Virus record (IMG/VR): IMGVR_UViG_3300035670_000033
Location: 32,001 to 96,000 of that record
DNA from: a virus
Reading direction: 5' to 3' (one strand)
Length of the DNA: 64,000 bases
Shown in pieces: positions 62,573-64,000 of this stretch. The position numbers were made by a program, and so were the translations under genes. Each line of letters opens with the position of its first letter. Position 1 is the stretch's first letter. The notes below the pieces were generated by a model. It made no database searches, was not told the origin of the DNA, and saw only the letters and a list, made by a program, of their open reading frames with translations.

Positions 62573-64000
62573 TTACGATTTCTTTCGCTCTTTCGCGAGG
62601 TCGGGTTTGATGAATGTTTCGTAAAGCCAGCGCGGAGCCTTTCGCTTGACACCATCAGTACCAGTGTATTCAACAAGTTGAAGTGCATCTGGAATCTCAC
62701 CACTGTCAACATTGAATTTGAATGCGCCTTCTGACGCGTTAGCAAAATCTTCAATATTTTTTATGATGTTGTCTTTGTTGCTTGACTCGGCAAGAGAGTT
62801 AATCATTCGCGGAAACTTTCGCTTCTCACCGATAGTGAAAGGACGTGATCGTTCAATACTGATGCTCACACCGTTGGGCGCAACGAAAGCAATTTTACTC
62901 ATTGAAGGACCACCCAATAGCGCTAGGTCATCAGCACCTATGTCAGATGGAAGTTGAACTGCGCGAACCATTGCACCGTCAACCATGTCAGGGTTCTCAC
63001 TGAAGGAACGCAAAACCGATGATGGAACTACAGGGCGAAGAACCACTCCATCTCTGCGGATCATTCGTCCTTCGCCTCGTGGAGCACCCTTCAAAAGACT
63101 CACCGCATCCGACACAGACTTGCCGAACCTATCTTTTTGGAAAGCACCTGTTCTTGGTATTTGCGCCATGCGTTGAATCTGTATGGTGCGCGTATTGCTT
63201 GGATTTCCTTCTAATACTTCAGAAAGGTTTTCTGCTCGTGCTTGTGGAAGTCGTGTGGTTGCCCCTCGTACCGCGCGAGCGGCTAGTGCGAGTGGTCCTG
63301 GTATTTCAAACAGTTGCGCACCACAGGTTGAAAAACGGTTGTCCGTGAATCGTCCACCATATTCAAAACCAGCAGGGCATCGTGCTTGACGCTTGCGATT
63401 GGGCTTTAGTCTACTTAACGCTCCACCGCCCCCACCGGGTACGAGTGCACCATAAACTCGTGAACGGATAGGTGATGTAAGTGGTGAAATGTTCCCCGGC
63501 GTTAGTGCAGAACCAACGGCTTGTGCCGCTCTGCCTGCCGTGCTTCCAGAACCTATAAGTCCTGCTTTCGTTTCCATGTCCTCTGCATCGTCTTTGCCGA
63601 CACGGTATCCACCACCACGTTTTTTATATTCACGAACAAGCCAAGCATTAGCGTAAGCAGATGGGTATACATTGAATTTCTTTTTTGCTTCTGCTTTGAC
63701 CCGTGCATAAAGTTCAGGGTCTGTGGGGATATTTTCGCTCTTGAATTCTTCTCCATCGGACTTAAATGTGGAGACATTGATCGGCTTGTTTTCTTCCCGA
63801 TCTCCTGTTGTTTCTGCTCGTCGTTTTCTGCGTACCGCTGAATCAATTTCTTCCGCAGACATTTTCATGGCGGTAGATTTCTTTACACACTTAGGGTATT
63901 TACCTGAATCTGCGTCCCCGCGACCGCAAGGTTCAAAACCGCCACCTTTTTTAGGGCGTGAAATGTCAACCCATTCTTCTTCAAACCATTTGCCCAAACC
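62573..64000 (-). CDS. Partial (5' end outside window) modular head-region protein with DUF5872-like modules and a divergent RCP-G-YGG-TD-CG motif
   Basis: KWFEEEWVDI...CGR...YPKC; TDPELYARVK.EAK..F.VYPSAYANAWLVREYKKRGGGY; RCPAGFEYGGRFTDNRFSTCG. Confidence 0.75.
   Translation of the reverse strand, partial: GLGKWFEEEWVDISRPKKGGGFEPCGRGDADSGKYPKCVKKSTAMKMSAEEIDSAVRRKRRAETTGDREENKPINVSTFKSDGEEFKSENIPTDPELYARVKAEAKKKFNVYPSAYANAWLVREYKKRGGGYRVGKDDAEDMETKAGLIGSGSTAGRAAQAVGSALTPGNISPLTSPIRSRVYGALVPGGGGGALSRLKPNRKRQARCPAGFEYGGRFTDNRFSTCGAQLFEIPGPLALAARAVRGATTRLPQARAENLSEVLEGNPSNTRTIQIQRMAQIPRTGAFQKDRFGKSVSDAVSLLKGAPRGEGRMIRRDGVVLRPVVPSSVLRSFSENPDMVDGAMVRAVQLPSDIGADDLALLGGPSMSKIAFVAPNGVSISIERSRPFTIGEKRKFPRMINSLAESSNKDNIIKNIEDFANASEGAFKFNVDSGEIPDALQLVEYTGTDGVKRKAPRWLYETFIKPDLAKERKKS

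Overview
This is a 64-kb fragment of a large tailed dsDNA phage with an HK97-fold major capsid. The host is very probably actinobacterial, judged from a WhiB gene, TANNNT and leaderless promoters, TTGTCCACA-type DnaA boxes and a class II RNR. About 1-18 kb is a dense run of small minus-strand accessory genes (DUF2958, DUF1281, DUF4314, DUF6011, a MoxR-AAA/vWA pair). It carries three previously unexplained DNA motif families: 13 promoters with a G-N-N-ACACCC-N6-TANNNT architecture, 10-11 copies of CGCCACCGTTC, and 7 copies of a fixed-spacing 31-bp inverted site AGYCCCGC-N15-GCGGGRCT. About 18-46 kb holds DNA metabolism and regulatory genes: SNF2/HARP helicase, DUF932, SSB, two DNA MTases, RuvC-like resolvase, WhiB, primase-helicase, NrdJ, lytic transglycosylase, a D-arm-less tRNA-like element and a tyrosine-phosphatase plus HDAC-like pair. 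About 46-64 kb is the head module. Upstream of the capsid gene is an array of modular proteins. Three ~950-1050 aa paralogues share a near-identical ~80-aa Cys-containing N-terminal domain but end in different enzymatic domains: two PI3K/HipA-like kinases and one GNAT-like domain. An ART-like domain sits in a neighbouring gene, and each of the three large genes is followed by a small gene. The strongest candidate for a new system is this putative virion-loaded polymorphic effector array, possibly paired with phage-encoded eraser enzymes. All family assignments come from motif recognition by eye; no database search was run.
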